This document shows positions 1 through 9,602 of a stretch of 25,719 nt of DNA, piece after piece. The notes under the pieces were generated by a model. The model ran no database searches and was not told the DNA's origin. It worked only from the letters and a program-made list of their open reading frames with translations. The position numbers and the translations under genes were made by a program. The DNA comes from a virus (Duplodnaviria > Caudoviricetes). Each line of letters starts with the position of its first letter. Position 1 is the first letter of the stretch. The stretch is taken from positions 1 through 25,719 of IMG/VR virus record IMGVR_UViG_3300016667_000370. One strand, 5' to 3'.

Positions 1-44
1 ATTTTAATTTTAAATAAATTTTTTTAATAACAAAGTCATTATCC

Positions 45-341
45 ATGTTTAAATATACTTTTTTTTTATCATATAGAACAGAGTTATTTAAAAGGTATGA
101 AGGCCTTTTTAGACAAGATGAAATCGGAGATGACGACGAAGAAGTTAGAACCGGAAGACTTACAATAGAAGATGTAATGGCTATGAATGGTGAGAAAAGG
201 AGTAAAAAGTGGAGTTGGATATCTATGATTTATAGTTTATGTAATGGTGATATAACAAAAACAAATGAAATTGTTTCTAAACCATTTACTGAATGTTTAA
301 TTTGGATGTCTTATGAAAAAGAAATGAATATAAAAAAATAA
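45..341 (+). CDS. Probable C-terminal (frameshifted 'T') part of a tail assembly chaperone; the ATG at 45 is probably not the true start
   Basis: Reads FFLSYR... from a T9 run (59-67) and carries KWSWISMIYSLCNGDITK...CLIWMSYEKE, resembling from memory chaperone C-termini in Bacteroidota siphophages. A second frame is open 31-165 across the same run. Lies directly before the tail terminator-like gene. Confidence 0.55.
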   Translation: MFKYTFFLSYRTELFKRYEGLFRQDEIGDDDEEVRTGRLTIEDVMAMNGEKRSKKWSWISMIYSLCNGDITKTNEIVSKPFTECLIWMSYEKEMNIKK

Positions 342-349
342 TTGATATT

Positions 350-787
350 ATGACATACAACAATATAATAAAACTATTTAAAGATATATCAGAAACCAAT
401 CCATTCATAAAAAGATTTGGCTCAGGTGAGATGAATGAGATAGAGGTAGATGGACCAACATCACAACTTTATCCACTAATGTGGATTACACCTCAATTAG
501 TTGATATAAACGAAAATTCATTAGAATGGACTTTTAGATTAATGATATTTGAGATTGATGATATAGATGATAGTAAACAACAACTTATACTTTCTAATTG
601 TTTGCAAATTTTAGTTGATGTTATTAAAACATTCAAACATGAAATTGATGATGATGTTACAATATCAACACCTTCTTCAGCAATACCATTTACACATAGA
701 TTTGTTGATTATTGCACTGGATGGTATTCAGATATAAAAATAATAACAAATGCGGATAATTCTCCGTGTGATATACCAGGATATTAA
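350..787 (+). CDS. Putative tail terminator protein (145 aa)
   Basis: Size, acidic composition, YPLMWI and PFTHRF..YCTGW motifs, position next to a tail completion-like gene. Confidence 0.55.
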   Translation: MTYNNIIKLFKDISETNPFIKRFGSGEMNEIEVDGPTSQLYPLMWITPQLVDINENSLEWTFRLMIFEIDDIDDSKQQLILSNCLQILVDVIKTFKHEIDDDVTISTPSSAIPFTHRFVDYCTGWYSDIKIITNADNSPCDIPGY

Positions 788-788
788 T

Positions 789-1298
789 ATGAACGAGAAC
801 ATATATGATAAGTTAAGTAAATTAGGAGCTCAAATTATAAAAGAGATGGGTGATATAATTAAAGCTAAAGGAGCTGTTGCTTCTGGTAATTTATTACGCT
901 CATTAGATTATGAAGTTAAGTTTGAGGGTGGTGTATGGCAATTACTTATTGAGTATGAAGATTATGGTTATTTTGTTGACAAAGGTAGAAATCCTGGTCG
1001 TTTCCCACCAATGCAAAATATAAAAAGATGGATGTCATTAAAAGGAATTCCACAAGAAGCACTTTGGCCAATTATGGTTAAGATAAAAAAAGCCGGATTT
1101 TACTCAAAGATGGTTGGTGGTGTTGCTCTTTCAAGACCAAGAGGTATTCACTTCACTGACCCATTTACACAAAATTTAGACCTTAGAAAGATAATTAAAG
1201 ATTTTGAGGGAATGATAGTTGCTGATATAGAAAATGAAATTGTAAAAGATATCGTCTCATCAACTGGTAAAGACGTAATAACTGTTTTAAAAAGATAA
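789..1298 (+). CDS. Putative tail completion/neck protein (HK97 gp10-like); start moved from 750 to ATG 789
   Basis: ASGNLLRSL and YGYFVDKGR.PG..PP motifs, basic protein. ATG 789 is in frame and 1 nt after the upstream TAA (785-787), removing a 38-nt overlap. Confidence 0.6.
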   Translation: MNENIYDKLSKLGAQIIKEMGDIIKAKGAVASGNLLRSLDYEVKFEGGVWQLLIEYEDYGYFVDKGRNPGRFPPMQNIKRWMSLKGIPQEALWPIMVKIKKAGFYSKMVGGVALSRPRGIHFTDPFTQNLDLRKIIKDFEGMIVADIENEIVKDIVSSTGKDVITVLKR

Positions 1299-1314
1299 AA
1301 AATAAAAAAAAGAA

Positions 1315-3333
1315 ATGATTACTATACTTAATAGACCATATGATGGATTAACCACTAAAATAAACCCTGTTTATAATGGACTTGGTTTTGTTGTTAATAG
1401 TGATAAAAAACTTATAACTAATTTTAAATATATTGCTGAGATATATGTTAATTCTGGTAAGATAGGTGAATTAAGACATAATCCAGATATATCAGCTAAT
1501 AATTATGGTCAATTTGATTTTGGTCGTGTTATTGAGAATTATATCTCATATGATATAGCTCCAACTATTCCATCAACATCAATATCAAATATGAGTAATA
1601 GTTTAGTTCCTTATTACATTAGATTTGGTGAAGAATTTTCAAGAATTGGTAGTATGACTTCAGTTATAAGTTATTCAGGAGCCACATATACCGGTAAACT
1701 AAGAATAACAGTATCAGGAACACATAATTTAGAAACAGGTGATAGAGTTTTATTACAAGGACTTTCTGTAAGTGGTTATAATACTTGGTCTAAAGTTTAT
1801 AAAATAAATTCTAATTCATTTATAGCTACTGACATAACATATACAACACCAACAAATGTTAATGATGCTTATTTTATATCAGGTGAAGAAATAACACTTT
1901 GGTCATCATATGTTGGTTCTGATGGTGCTAATTATTTACAAATAAGAACCAAATTAAATTCATCTTTTAATGTTGGTGATATGATACAGGTTAGACAAGA
2001 TAGCAAGAACACTTCAGGAACAACTGTTGCTGTTGTAAATTCACAATATGAAAATACTGAATGGACTATTACATCTAAAATAAACTCATCAACATATACT
2101 ACATTAAAAACTAATATACCATATGGAGCAGCAGTTGCCTCAAATATCTATGGTTCAATTATATCAAGAAATAATTTTGTTATTTATAATTTACTTTCAA
2201 CACAAAATGATGGCAGCTGGGCTTGGAATGGAACTAAACAATGGGATGAGGTTTTAAGTTGGACACCATCACCATATATTTTTACATCATCATCATCACA
2301 TTTTTTAACATCTAATCCTAATAAAGAGATGAATGTTTGTTTAAGTGATTATTTTACATTACCATATTGGGGATTGAATATAATTAAAACAGCGGATGCT
2401 ACAAATTATGCTTCTAATAAAATTAGAATTGAAACTTGGTCTAATCCACCAGCTTCACCAACATATGCAGCAACATCAATAGCATCTGATAGCACTATTA
2501 CTTCTACGAGATTAAGAGTTCAATATGCAGGAGCTAATATAACATCTGTTATGACTGCTGGTTCACCAATAACATTTACACATTCAGGTGGTTCAATATC
2601 AGGAACTATATTAAGGTCTTATTATTCAGGAACTACAACATATGTTATTACAGATATTGCTTATTCTGCTTATACTGGACCTAATTCTATAACAATAATA
2701 AAACAAGTAAGAAGATATGATAGAACACCAGCAAATTTAATGGGTCAAATAGGAGTTGGACCTGCTAATTTAAACTTTACAGAGATTAATGATGGCTCTT
2801 GTTATGAGTATAAAGTTTTTGCAATTAAATATGGAGCTAATAACTATCTTTATACAATTAAAGGTGAGACTTGGACATTTACTTTAGCTGATTGTAACTG
2901 CAAGCCAAATATAAAACTCGTTTGGTTAAATGAATTAGGTGGATTTGATTATTTTACATTTGATGGTCGTGTTGATAAAGTTAGAAATATAGAAAAGAGT
3001 AATTTTAAAAGAAGACTTAAATCATATAAAAGTGGTAGTGGTTATACATTTACATATGGTGATAGAGGATTAACAACTTATAACACTCAATCATTTGATG
3101 TTTGGACTGCCAGAACAAGATTTTTAACACAATCTGAATTAAATTGGTTGAGTTATATTTATGATAGCACTGAGGTTTATATTCTTAAGGACAATGCCAC
3201 ATTATTACCAATAACTTTAACAAATACTGATGTGCAATTATTTAATAAAAATAATGTAGGTGATATGGGTAGATTATATTATTATACAATTGAATTTAGA
3301 CCATCAAATGATAGAGTAATTCAAAGAGGATAA
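1315..3333 (+). CDS. Tail-tip structural protein, possibly distal tail (Dit-like) with inserted beta modules (672 aa)
   Basis: Ser/Thr/Tyr-rich beta composition, C-terminal WLNELGGFDYFTF block, position ahead of a hub-like gene. Dit assignment is inference. Confidence 0.5.
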   Translation: MITILNRPYDGLTTKINPVYNGLGFVVNSDKKLITNFKYIAEIYVNSGKIGELRHNPDISANNYGQFDFGRVIENYISYDIAPTIPSTSISNMSNSLVPYYIRFGEEFSRIGSMTSVISYSGATYTGKLRITVSGTHNLETGDRVLLQGLSVSGYNTWSKVYKINSNSFIATDITYTTPTNVNDAYFISGEEITLWSSYVGSDGANYLQIRTKLNSSFNVGDMIQVRQDSKNTSGTTVAVVNSQYENTEWTITSKINSSTYTTLKTNIPYGAAVASNIYGSIISRNNFVIYNLLSTQNDGSWAWNGTKQWDEVLSWTPSPYIFTSSSSHFLTSNPNKEMNVCLSDYFTLPYWGLNIIKTADATNYASNKIRIETWSNPPASPTYAATSIASDSTITSTRLRVQYAGANITSVMTAGSPITFTHSGGSISGTILRSYYSGTTTYVITDIAYSAYTGPNSITIIKQVRRYDRTPANLMGQIGVGPANLNFTEINDGSCYEYKVFAIKYGANNYLYTIKGETWTFTLADCNCKPNIKLVWLNELGGFDYFTFDGRVDKVRNIEKSNFKRRLKSYKSGSGYTFTYGDRGLTTYNTQSFDVWTARTRFLTQSELNWLSYIYDSTEVYILKDNATLLPITLTNTDVQLFNKNNVGDMGRLYYYTIEFRPSNDRVIQRG

Positions 3334-3344
3334 AAAAAAGATAT

Positions 3345-6300
3345 ATGATGAATAATATACAAATAAATGTTAAGAATTCAACTGGTAATATAGTTGGTAA
3401 ATTAGACATAGGTGATGCAGAAATTAATTTAGTTTATCAAATTGCTGATGTTAGAGAACCTGATAAAAAACAATCTAACTTCTCATATCCATTCACTATT
3501 CCTGGAACAAAGAATAATAATAAAATATTTCAACAAATATTTGAGAATGGATTTTCATCTTTTCAATATAATCCTAACAAAAAGTTAGATGCTCAAATTA
3601 TATTAAATGGTAATGATTTTTTTAAGGGTGATTTGCAATTAAATAAAATTAACAAAATAGATAACAAAATAGTTGGATATGAAGTTACTATTTATGGTAA
3701 AATACCAAGCTTCTTTGATAACATAAATGATTACGAACTAAAAGACCTTATAGACCTATCAGATTATAACCATCAATATACAAGAACTAATGTTATAAGA
3801 AGTTGGGAAACATCTATTATACAGAATGGTGTTTCTGTGCCATTTGTATTAGGTAATGGTTATGTTTATCCTATGGAATGGAGAGGACAAAATAATCCTC
3901 AATATTGGAAGGTTGAAGACTTTAAGCCATCTATTTATGTTAAGACTATATTTGATAGAATAATTAATTCACAAGGATTTACATATCAATCTAATTTTCT
4001 AAATTCTAATTACTTTAGAAAGTTAATAATACCTTACAATGGTGATGACCAAATTGAATTAACTGATGACCAAGTAAAACAATTAGAAGTATGGGCTAAA
4101 TATCCAGCACCACCTAATAGACCAATTATTACTGTAGTTGGCTCAAAAACTGGTCAAGTTTATAATAATAATAAGTTAATATTTACTGATGATACAAATG
4201 CTCCTGCTGCTGATATTGGAAATCACTATAATCCAGTAACTGGTATAATAACTATTCCTAAAAACGGTAAGTGGAATTTGACATCAACAGCAAGATTTAG
4301 TTCAATTTTTACTGGAAATTCAATAGACAATCCAGGAACCTTATATAGTGAATTAAAATTATTTGGTGGTCCATTAGAAGGTGTTTATAAAATGGTTGAT
4401 GTTGATAGTGGCGCTGTATTAGCATCAACTGCATTTACTTTCAATTGTCCACAAATTGATGGTGAAAAACACTCAACACCTATTATATCTGAAATACAAT
4501 CACCTAATGTTCAATATACTGGCTTTTTAACTGCTGGTCGTAGATTTGCCTGTTATTTAGATTTTAGAACGACTGGTTCAAATTATACTTATAAAACTAA
4601 AAGACAAAGTGGTTTGCTATGGATACAGGAAAATACTCAGATTGAAATTAGAGTTGAGACTGTTCCATTAGGTCAATCATATAATCCTTTTGATGCACCA
4701 AGATTAATTTTAACATTAGCTGAAAAGAATGTTTCTGAAGATGATAATTTAGATATGAATTGGTTTATACCGGATATTAAAGCTATTGATGTTGTTAATG
4801 AAATTACAAAGTTATTTAACCTTTATTGGACATCAACTGGTGATAAATCTTTTAGAATAGAACCAAGAAATGATTTTTATAATCCAACAGATATAAGAGA
4901 TTGGACTTATAAGTTAGACAATAATGAAACCGTAAATATACAACCACTTTATGACCTTTCGGCTAAAGAATATAATTTTTCCTATGATGAAGATAGTGAT
5001 TATTATAATGAAGATTACACAGAGGTTTATGAAGAGGTATATGGCTCTAAAAAGTTAGAAATAGAAAATGATTTCATAGTTGAAACTGTTGATATATCAA
5101 GTAAATTTTCACCAACACCAGGTGTTCAATATTTAACAACTGATAAAGTTTTACCTTCTTATGTTAAACAAGAAAATGGTTTAATGCAAAGTTATTCACC
5201 TAAATTGAGAATTTTATTTTATGGTGGTTATATAGCAACGACTTCAGCTTGGAATTTTAAAAACCCATATACGAATATAGTAATAGCTCCTAATTTACTA
5301 AAATATCCTTATGCTGGTCATTTAGACCAACCATATAGTCCAAATTATGACCTTAATTTTGCTGTTCCTAAGAAACTTTATTTCAATTGGGTTAACATGA
5401 CAACTAATAATGTATTTAATATGTTCTGGAGAGACCATATTGAGGAGGTAGTTGATAAAAATTCTCATTTATTAACAGCAAGAGTTATACTAAATGATTA
5501 TGATTTAATTAATTTAGATTTAAGATGTCTTATACAAGTTGATAATGTTTATTATAGAATTAACAAAATAACACATAACCCACTTACTGGTGAAGCTGAG
5601 GTTGAATTATTCAAAGCTAAAGATTATATTAGAAAAGCTGGTAGTGTAATAAACATAGGTTCTAATGGTAATGGTGGAGCAGGTGATGGAACTTTTCCTA
5701 AAGACTGGGTAGTTAACTGGAGGTATGAAGAAGCAGCATCACAATTCACAACAACTCCATCAGGATTTTTAATTGAAGCTAAATGGAGAATACCATATGT
5801 TAGACCAAATTTTGAGAAGATAAATGAAAGTAGTATTTTCATACCAATAGAAAGCACAACAGTATTGAGTTCACAAACTGAAGGTGTAGCTTTATATAAA
5901 AATGCTTTATGGAATAAATCAGGTCAATCTTGGGGTGATGTAAAACCAAAAGCAAGTTTTTATCCAACTCAAAATAGAGATGTTAATGGTAATTTTTATT
6001 CACCTCAATCAGCTCAAAAAGTTATTGGTGAATTTAATTATGTTGACCCTTCAGCCTTTGCTGTTGAAGTAAAAGGTTCAAATAATGTTATAATGGAAGG
6101 TGTCTCAAATATAGCAATCACAGGTGAAGGAAATATAATTCGTTCTGGTATTAGAAATGTTACAGTTGTAGGTGATAATCAAACAATTACAGAAAGTGAT
6201 ACTTCTTATATAAATGGAGTTGTTATTAAAGCAGGTCAGGTATCTAAAAAGACATCTATTGTTAAGTCGCCATCAAATTCAACTGGCGTTGATGTTTGTG

Positions 6301-6353
6301 TAGTGTCTGGTGGTAAAAATTCAGTAATGGCTTCTAAAATATGGAGAGGATAA
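3345..6353 (+). CDS. Tail-tip/baseplate hub-like protein with C-terminal beta-roll repeats (1002 aa)
   Basis: N-terminal IADVREP...FSYPFTIPGTKNNNKIF motif of siphovirus tail components; C-terminal repeats KVIGEFNYV, EVKGSNNVI, AITGEGNII, TVVGDNQTI. Confidence 0.6.
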   Translation: MMNNIQINVKNSTGNIVGKLDIGDAEINLVYQIADVREPDKKQSNFSYPFTIPGTKNNNKIFQQIFENGFSSFQYNPNKKLDAQIILNGNDFFKGDLQLNKINKIDNKIVGYEVTIYGKIPSFFDNINDYELKDLIDLSDYNHQYTRTNVIRSWETSIIQNGVSVPFVLGNGYVYPMEWRGQNNPQYWKVEDFKPSIYVKTIFDRIINSQGFTYQSNFLNSNYFRKLIIPYNGDDQIELTDDQVKQLEVWAKYPAPPNRPIITVVGSKTGQVYNNNKLIFTDDTNAPAADIGNHYNPVTGIITIPKNGKWNLTSTARFSSIFTGNSIDNPGTLYSELKLFGGPLEGVYKMVDVDSGAVLASTAFTFNCPQIDGEKHSTPIISEIQSPNVQYTGFLTAGRRFACYLDFRTTGSNYTYKTKRQSGLLWIQENTQIEIRVETVPLGQSYNPFDAPRLILTLAEKNVSEDDNLDMNWFIPDIKAIDVVNEITKLFNLYWTSTGDKSFRIEPRNDFYNPTDIRDWTYKLDNNETVNIQPLYDLSAKEYNFSYDEDSDYYNEDYTEVYEEVYGSKKLEIENDFIVETVDISSKFSPTPGVQYLTTDKVLPSYVKQENGLMQSYSPKLRILFYGGYIATTSAWNFKNPYTNIVIAPNLLKYPYAGHLDQPYSPNYDLNFAVPKKLYFNWVNMTTNNVFNMFWRDHIEEVVDKNSHLLTARVILNDYDLINLDLRCLIQVDNVYYRINKITHNPLTGEAEVELFKAKDYIRKAGSVINIGSNGNGGAGDGTFPKDWVVNWRYEEAASQFTTTPSGFLIEAKWRIPYVRPNFEKINESSIFIPIESTTVLSSQTEGVALYKNALWNKSGQSWGDVKPKASFYPTQNRDVNGNFYSPQSAQKVIGEFNYVDPSAFAVEVKGSNNVIMEGVSNIAITGEGNIIRSGIRNVTVVGDNQTITESDTSYINGVVIKAGQVSKKTSIVKSPSNSTGVDVCVVSGGKNSVMASKIWRG

Positions 6354-6356
6354 AAA

Positions 6357-6381
6357 ACAAAAACTGGAACTATTATATTTA
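6357..6381 (+). promoter_or_regulatory. Putative phage late promoter AC-N15-TATATTT, copy 1
   Basis: AC aaaaactggaactat TATATTT A, intergenic, upstream of ATG 6409. Confidence 0.65.
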
Positions 6382-6408
6382 ATATAATTAAAAAAGATAA
6401 AATTTAAT

Positions 6409-9400
6409 ATGAGTTGCACAACTACAGAAGATATTAGGATAATAATGAAATATAGCACTATCGCAGGTGCTACACCAACAATACCTGAAAGTGATGACCA
6501 TACTGATGGAACTTGGTTACCAACTGACCTTTATATTGGTGAATTCTTTGTTAATACACAAGATAATTTAGTATGGATTAGAACAGAAGCAGGTATCACA
6601 CCAGTTGGTTCAACAGCTGGAACAGCATCTTTTATTGGTGATTATGTTCATATATCAGGTGGAACTTATTCAGGTCAAATATATGCACCTACGGTTTCAA
6701 CTACTGATTTAGTTTCAGTTTCAATTGATACTACACAAATAACAGCTGATTATTTTTATGGTGGAACATTTTCTGGTGATGGTTCATTACTTACAGGTAT
6801 TATAGCATCTTGGACTGGTGGAACTGTTTCTAATCCTGTTTATTTTACAGGTGAATTTGTAGCAAGTGGTGATACTTATTTAGATGGTGATATTAAAACT
6901 AATAATTCACTTTTTAATTTTACTGCTGGTCTTACAGTATCTGGTAACATAACATCAAATGGTGTTTTTTATGGTGATGGTTCTGGTTTAACTAATCTTC
7001 CAACTGGAACTTATTCTGATATCTATACTATATCAGCAACATTATCAGGTAACGAAATACTTTTTACAAGAAACGATAGTTCAACATATCAAGTTGATTT
7101 AACACCTATTTTAGCAACCGCTGGTGTGGCTGATATGTATTGGAATGATGCCGTAAATACATTATATTTAGAATTAAATGATGGAACAACAATTGAAACT
7201 GAAATAAACAGTTTTGATAACATATCCGCTTTAAATACAATATCAGCACCTGAATTTTATGGTGGAACATTTTATGGAACATTTACAGGAACATTCTCTG
7301 ATGATATTTACACAACAGGAGCTTATTTATCAGGCTCAACTGCTATTTTTGATAGAAGTAATGGTTCATCATATTCTTTAGACCTTTCTGGACTAACAGC
7401 AAGTGGTGGAACAACTTATCAATTTATAACAGAAGATGTTCCATCAAAAGGATTTACAATTTCAATTACTGATGGTTCAATTACTAATTTTATTAATATA
7501 GATGCGCCATTAGCAACGACTACAATAAAAGCAGAAGATGGAACTGATATTTCTTTTATTGATTTACAACCATATGGAGTTTTAACATCAACTGATAATG
7601 GCACAGATAACTCATCAGTATATTTAACTCCAACTTCTGTAGATATAAATTCAACTAATGGCACAAATACTGGTCAACTTGATATCACAGATACTATTTC
7701 ATATTTAAGTCAAGATAACGCAACTGATAATCATATATTAAAACACGATTTAACAGGTGAGGTTCCACACTCTGAATTAACAGTTGAAGATGCTTCTAAT
7801 CAGTCAAGATTATGGGTTGCTAAAAATCAAACATATTTACAATCAACAGATAATGTGGATATGGGTAGAGTTACAGCAGAGCCAAATTATGTTGAGATGA
7901 CATCTTATGATAATACAACAAATGTATCAGCAATAGGTGTTGAACCAACTCAAAACTCATTAAGTGTAACAGATGGCTCTAATACCAATCAAATTCAGAT
8001 GTCATCAACAGCATCTTATGCTACAAAAATAATAAATTATGCTACTGATTTATCAGGTCAATATGAAGCAAGAACTTTAGTTGATAAAGGATATATTGAT
8101 GGTTTAGGAATTGGTGTTATATCAGATACTTATGCTAATATACAAACATTAAAATCTACTGATGATTTAAAAGCTGGTTCTGTTTATCATATCAATGATA
8201 AAGGTATTTGGATTAAAGCTATATCAAATAATAAACTTGATATTTCAGGAACAAGAGTTTTACCTGTTATTCTAAATACTATTTATGAAGGTTCGGTTCC
8301 AGCTGGATATGGAACTTTTCAAGGAACTTTTTATGATTATGACGGATATACTCCTGTATTTAGTAATGGTGATTATTGTATATGGGGTGGTAAAGTTTGG
8401 TTAGCGACACTTTCAGGTGGTGCTACTTTATCAACATCTATTGTAGATGCTTTTGATTTAGATACTGTAGGTGGAACTTTAAACCCAATAGGTTTTACAT
8501 TTTCTGATTTTTATACAGATTTTATATTTGATGTTGATTATGATTTTGATAATGATAAGGTTATTAATCAATGGGATTTAAGAGGAAATCATATTTATTA
8601 CTCTGATGATATTGCGTTAGATTATTCAGCAGCAACTGATTGGGGTAATTCAAGAATATTTAATAACTCAGCTTGTGGTATATTGAATAACTCAGCTAAT
8701 ATGTATATCTTCGGAAATAAAGTTGATTTAAGAATTGATATGAATTATGGAAGTAATTTATATTACAATACTGCTAAAAATATAAATGGAAATTTCTGTG
8801 ATGAAATAATGTATAATGTTGGCTCAGGACCAATTACAAACAACAAAGCTACTTCACCAACAAATATGCTTCAAATAAGAGATAATAAATTCGGTGAGGT
8901 TGGTATTTATAACAACATAGTAGGAAGTTATATTAGATTTAATAAAGTAGATAGAATATCAAGTAACACAGTTGATGCGATAGTTGAAAATAGTGGTTTA
9001 ATGATATCTTCTAATATAGCAAATGCTATAACTGAAAATAATGTTAGATTGATAACATCAAATAATATGCCTTCAGTTAATATAGGTGGTAATATTGGAA
9101 CTAATTATAGCAATAATACTTGTGGTGGTTCTATATCAAATAATAATGTTAATATAGTTGCTGCTAACTCACATCAATTTGTTATTGAATATAACACAGG
9201 ATGGTCTATTATTAGTTGTGGAGCTAATGTTGGAACTGTCAGTCATAATATAGTTAATGAAATTGCTGATAATAATAATACAGGTGATATATCAAATAAT
9301 TCTATTGCTAATATGATATCAGATAATACAAATACTGGTAATATAATCAATAATATATCAGTTAATATTATGAATAACACAAATACTGGTAATATAGTGG

Positions 9401-9597
9401 GTAATAATACTTCTGGTGATTTGTATAATAACTCAAATGTGGGTAATATTAATTATAATAAATGTATTGACATATCAAATAATAACTCAAATGTTGTTAA
9501 TATCTCTAATAATATAGTTCAAGATGGTATATATGATAACTCAAATACAGGTGATATAATCTATAATATAACAGAGACAATAAATAATAATATATAG
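6409..9597 (+). CDS. Tail fibre/spike protein with repeated shaft modules and Asn-rich beta-helix (1062 aa)
   Basis: N-terminal anchor-like RIIMKYST...LYIGEFFVNTQD; repeats F(S/Y)GDGSxLT and IYTxxAxLSG; C-terminal region of IxxNxNxGxI repeats. Confidence 0.7.
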   Translation: MSCTTTEDIRIIMKYSTIAGATPTIPESDDHTDGTWLPTDLYIGEFFVNTQDNLVWIRTEAGITPVGSTAGTASFIGDYVHISGGTYSGQIYAPTVSTTDLVSVSIDTTQITADYFYGGTFSGDGSLLTGIIASWTGGTVSNPVYFTGEFVASGDTYLDGDIKTNNSLFNFTAGLTVSGNITSNGVFYGDGSGLTNLPTGTYSDIYTISATLSGNEILFTRNDSSTYQVDLTPILATAGVADMYWNDAVNTLYLELNDGTTIETEINSFDNISALNTISAPEFYGGTFYGTFTGTFSDDIYTTGAYLSGSTAIFDRSNGSSYSLDLSGLTASGGTTYQFITEDVPSKGFTISITDGSITNFINIDAPLATTTIKAEDGTDISFIDLQPYGVLTSTDNGTDNSSVYLTPTSVDINSTNGTNTGQLDITDTISYLSQDNATDNHILKHDLTGEVPHSELTVEDASNQSRLWVAKNQTYLQSTDNVDMGRVTAEPNYVEMTSYDNTTNVSAIGVEPTQNSLSVTDGSNTNQIQMSSTASYATKIINYATDLSGQYEARTLVDKGYIDGLGIGVISDTYANIQTLKSTDDLKAGSVYHINDKGIWIKAISNNKLDISGTRVLPVILNTIYEGSVPAGYGTFQGTFYDYDGYTPVFSNGDYCIWGGKVWLATLSGGATLSTSIVDAFDLDTVGGTLNPIGFTFSDFYTDFIFDVDYDFDNDKVINQWDLRGNHIYYSDDIALDYSAATDWGNSRIFNNSACGILNNSANMYIFGNKVDLRIDMNYGSNLYYNTAKNINGNFCDEIMYNVGSGPITNNKATSPTNMLQIRDNKFGEVGIYNNIVGSYIRFNKVDRISSNTVDAIVENSGLMISSNIANAITENNVRLITSNNMPSVNIGGNIGTNYSNNTCGGSISNNNVNIVAANSHQFVIEYNTGWSIISCGANVGTVSHNIVNEIADNNNTGDISNNSIANMISDNTNTGNIINNISVNIMNNTNTGNIVGNNTSGDLYNNSNVGNINYNKCIDISNNNSNVVNISNNIVQDGIYDNSNTGDIIYNITETINNNI

Positions 9598-9602
9598 TAA
9601 AT

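Noticed and set aside
8523-8530. TATATTTG matches inside genes (also 24156-24163) as host promoters
   Set aside because: Intragenic, with no supporting context; expected by chance in AT-rich DNA.
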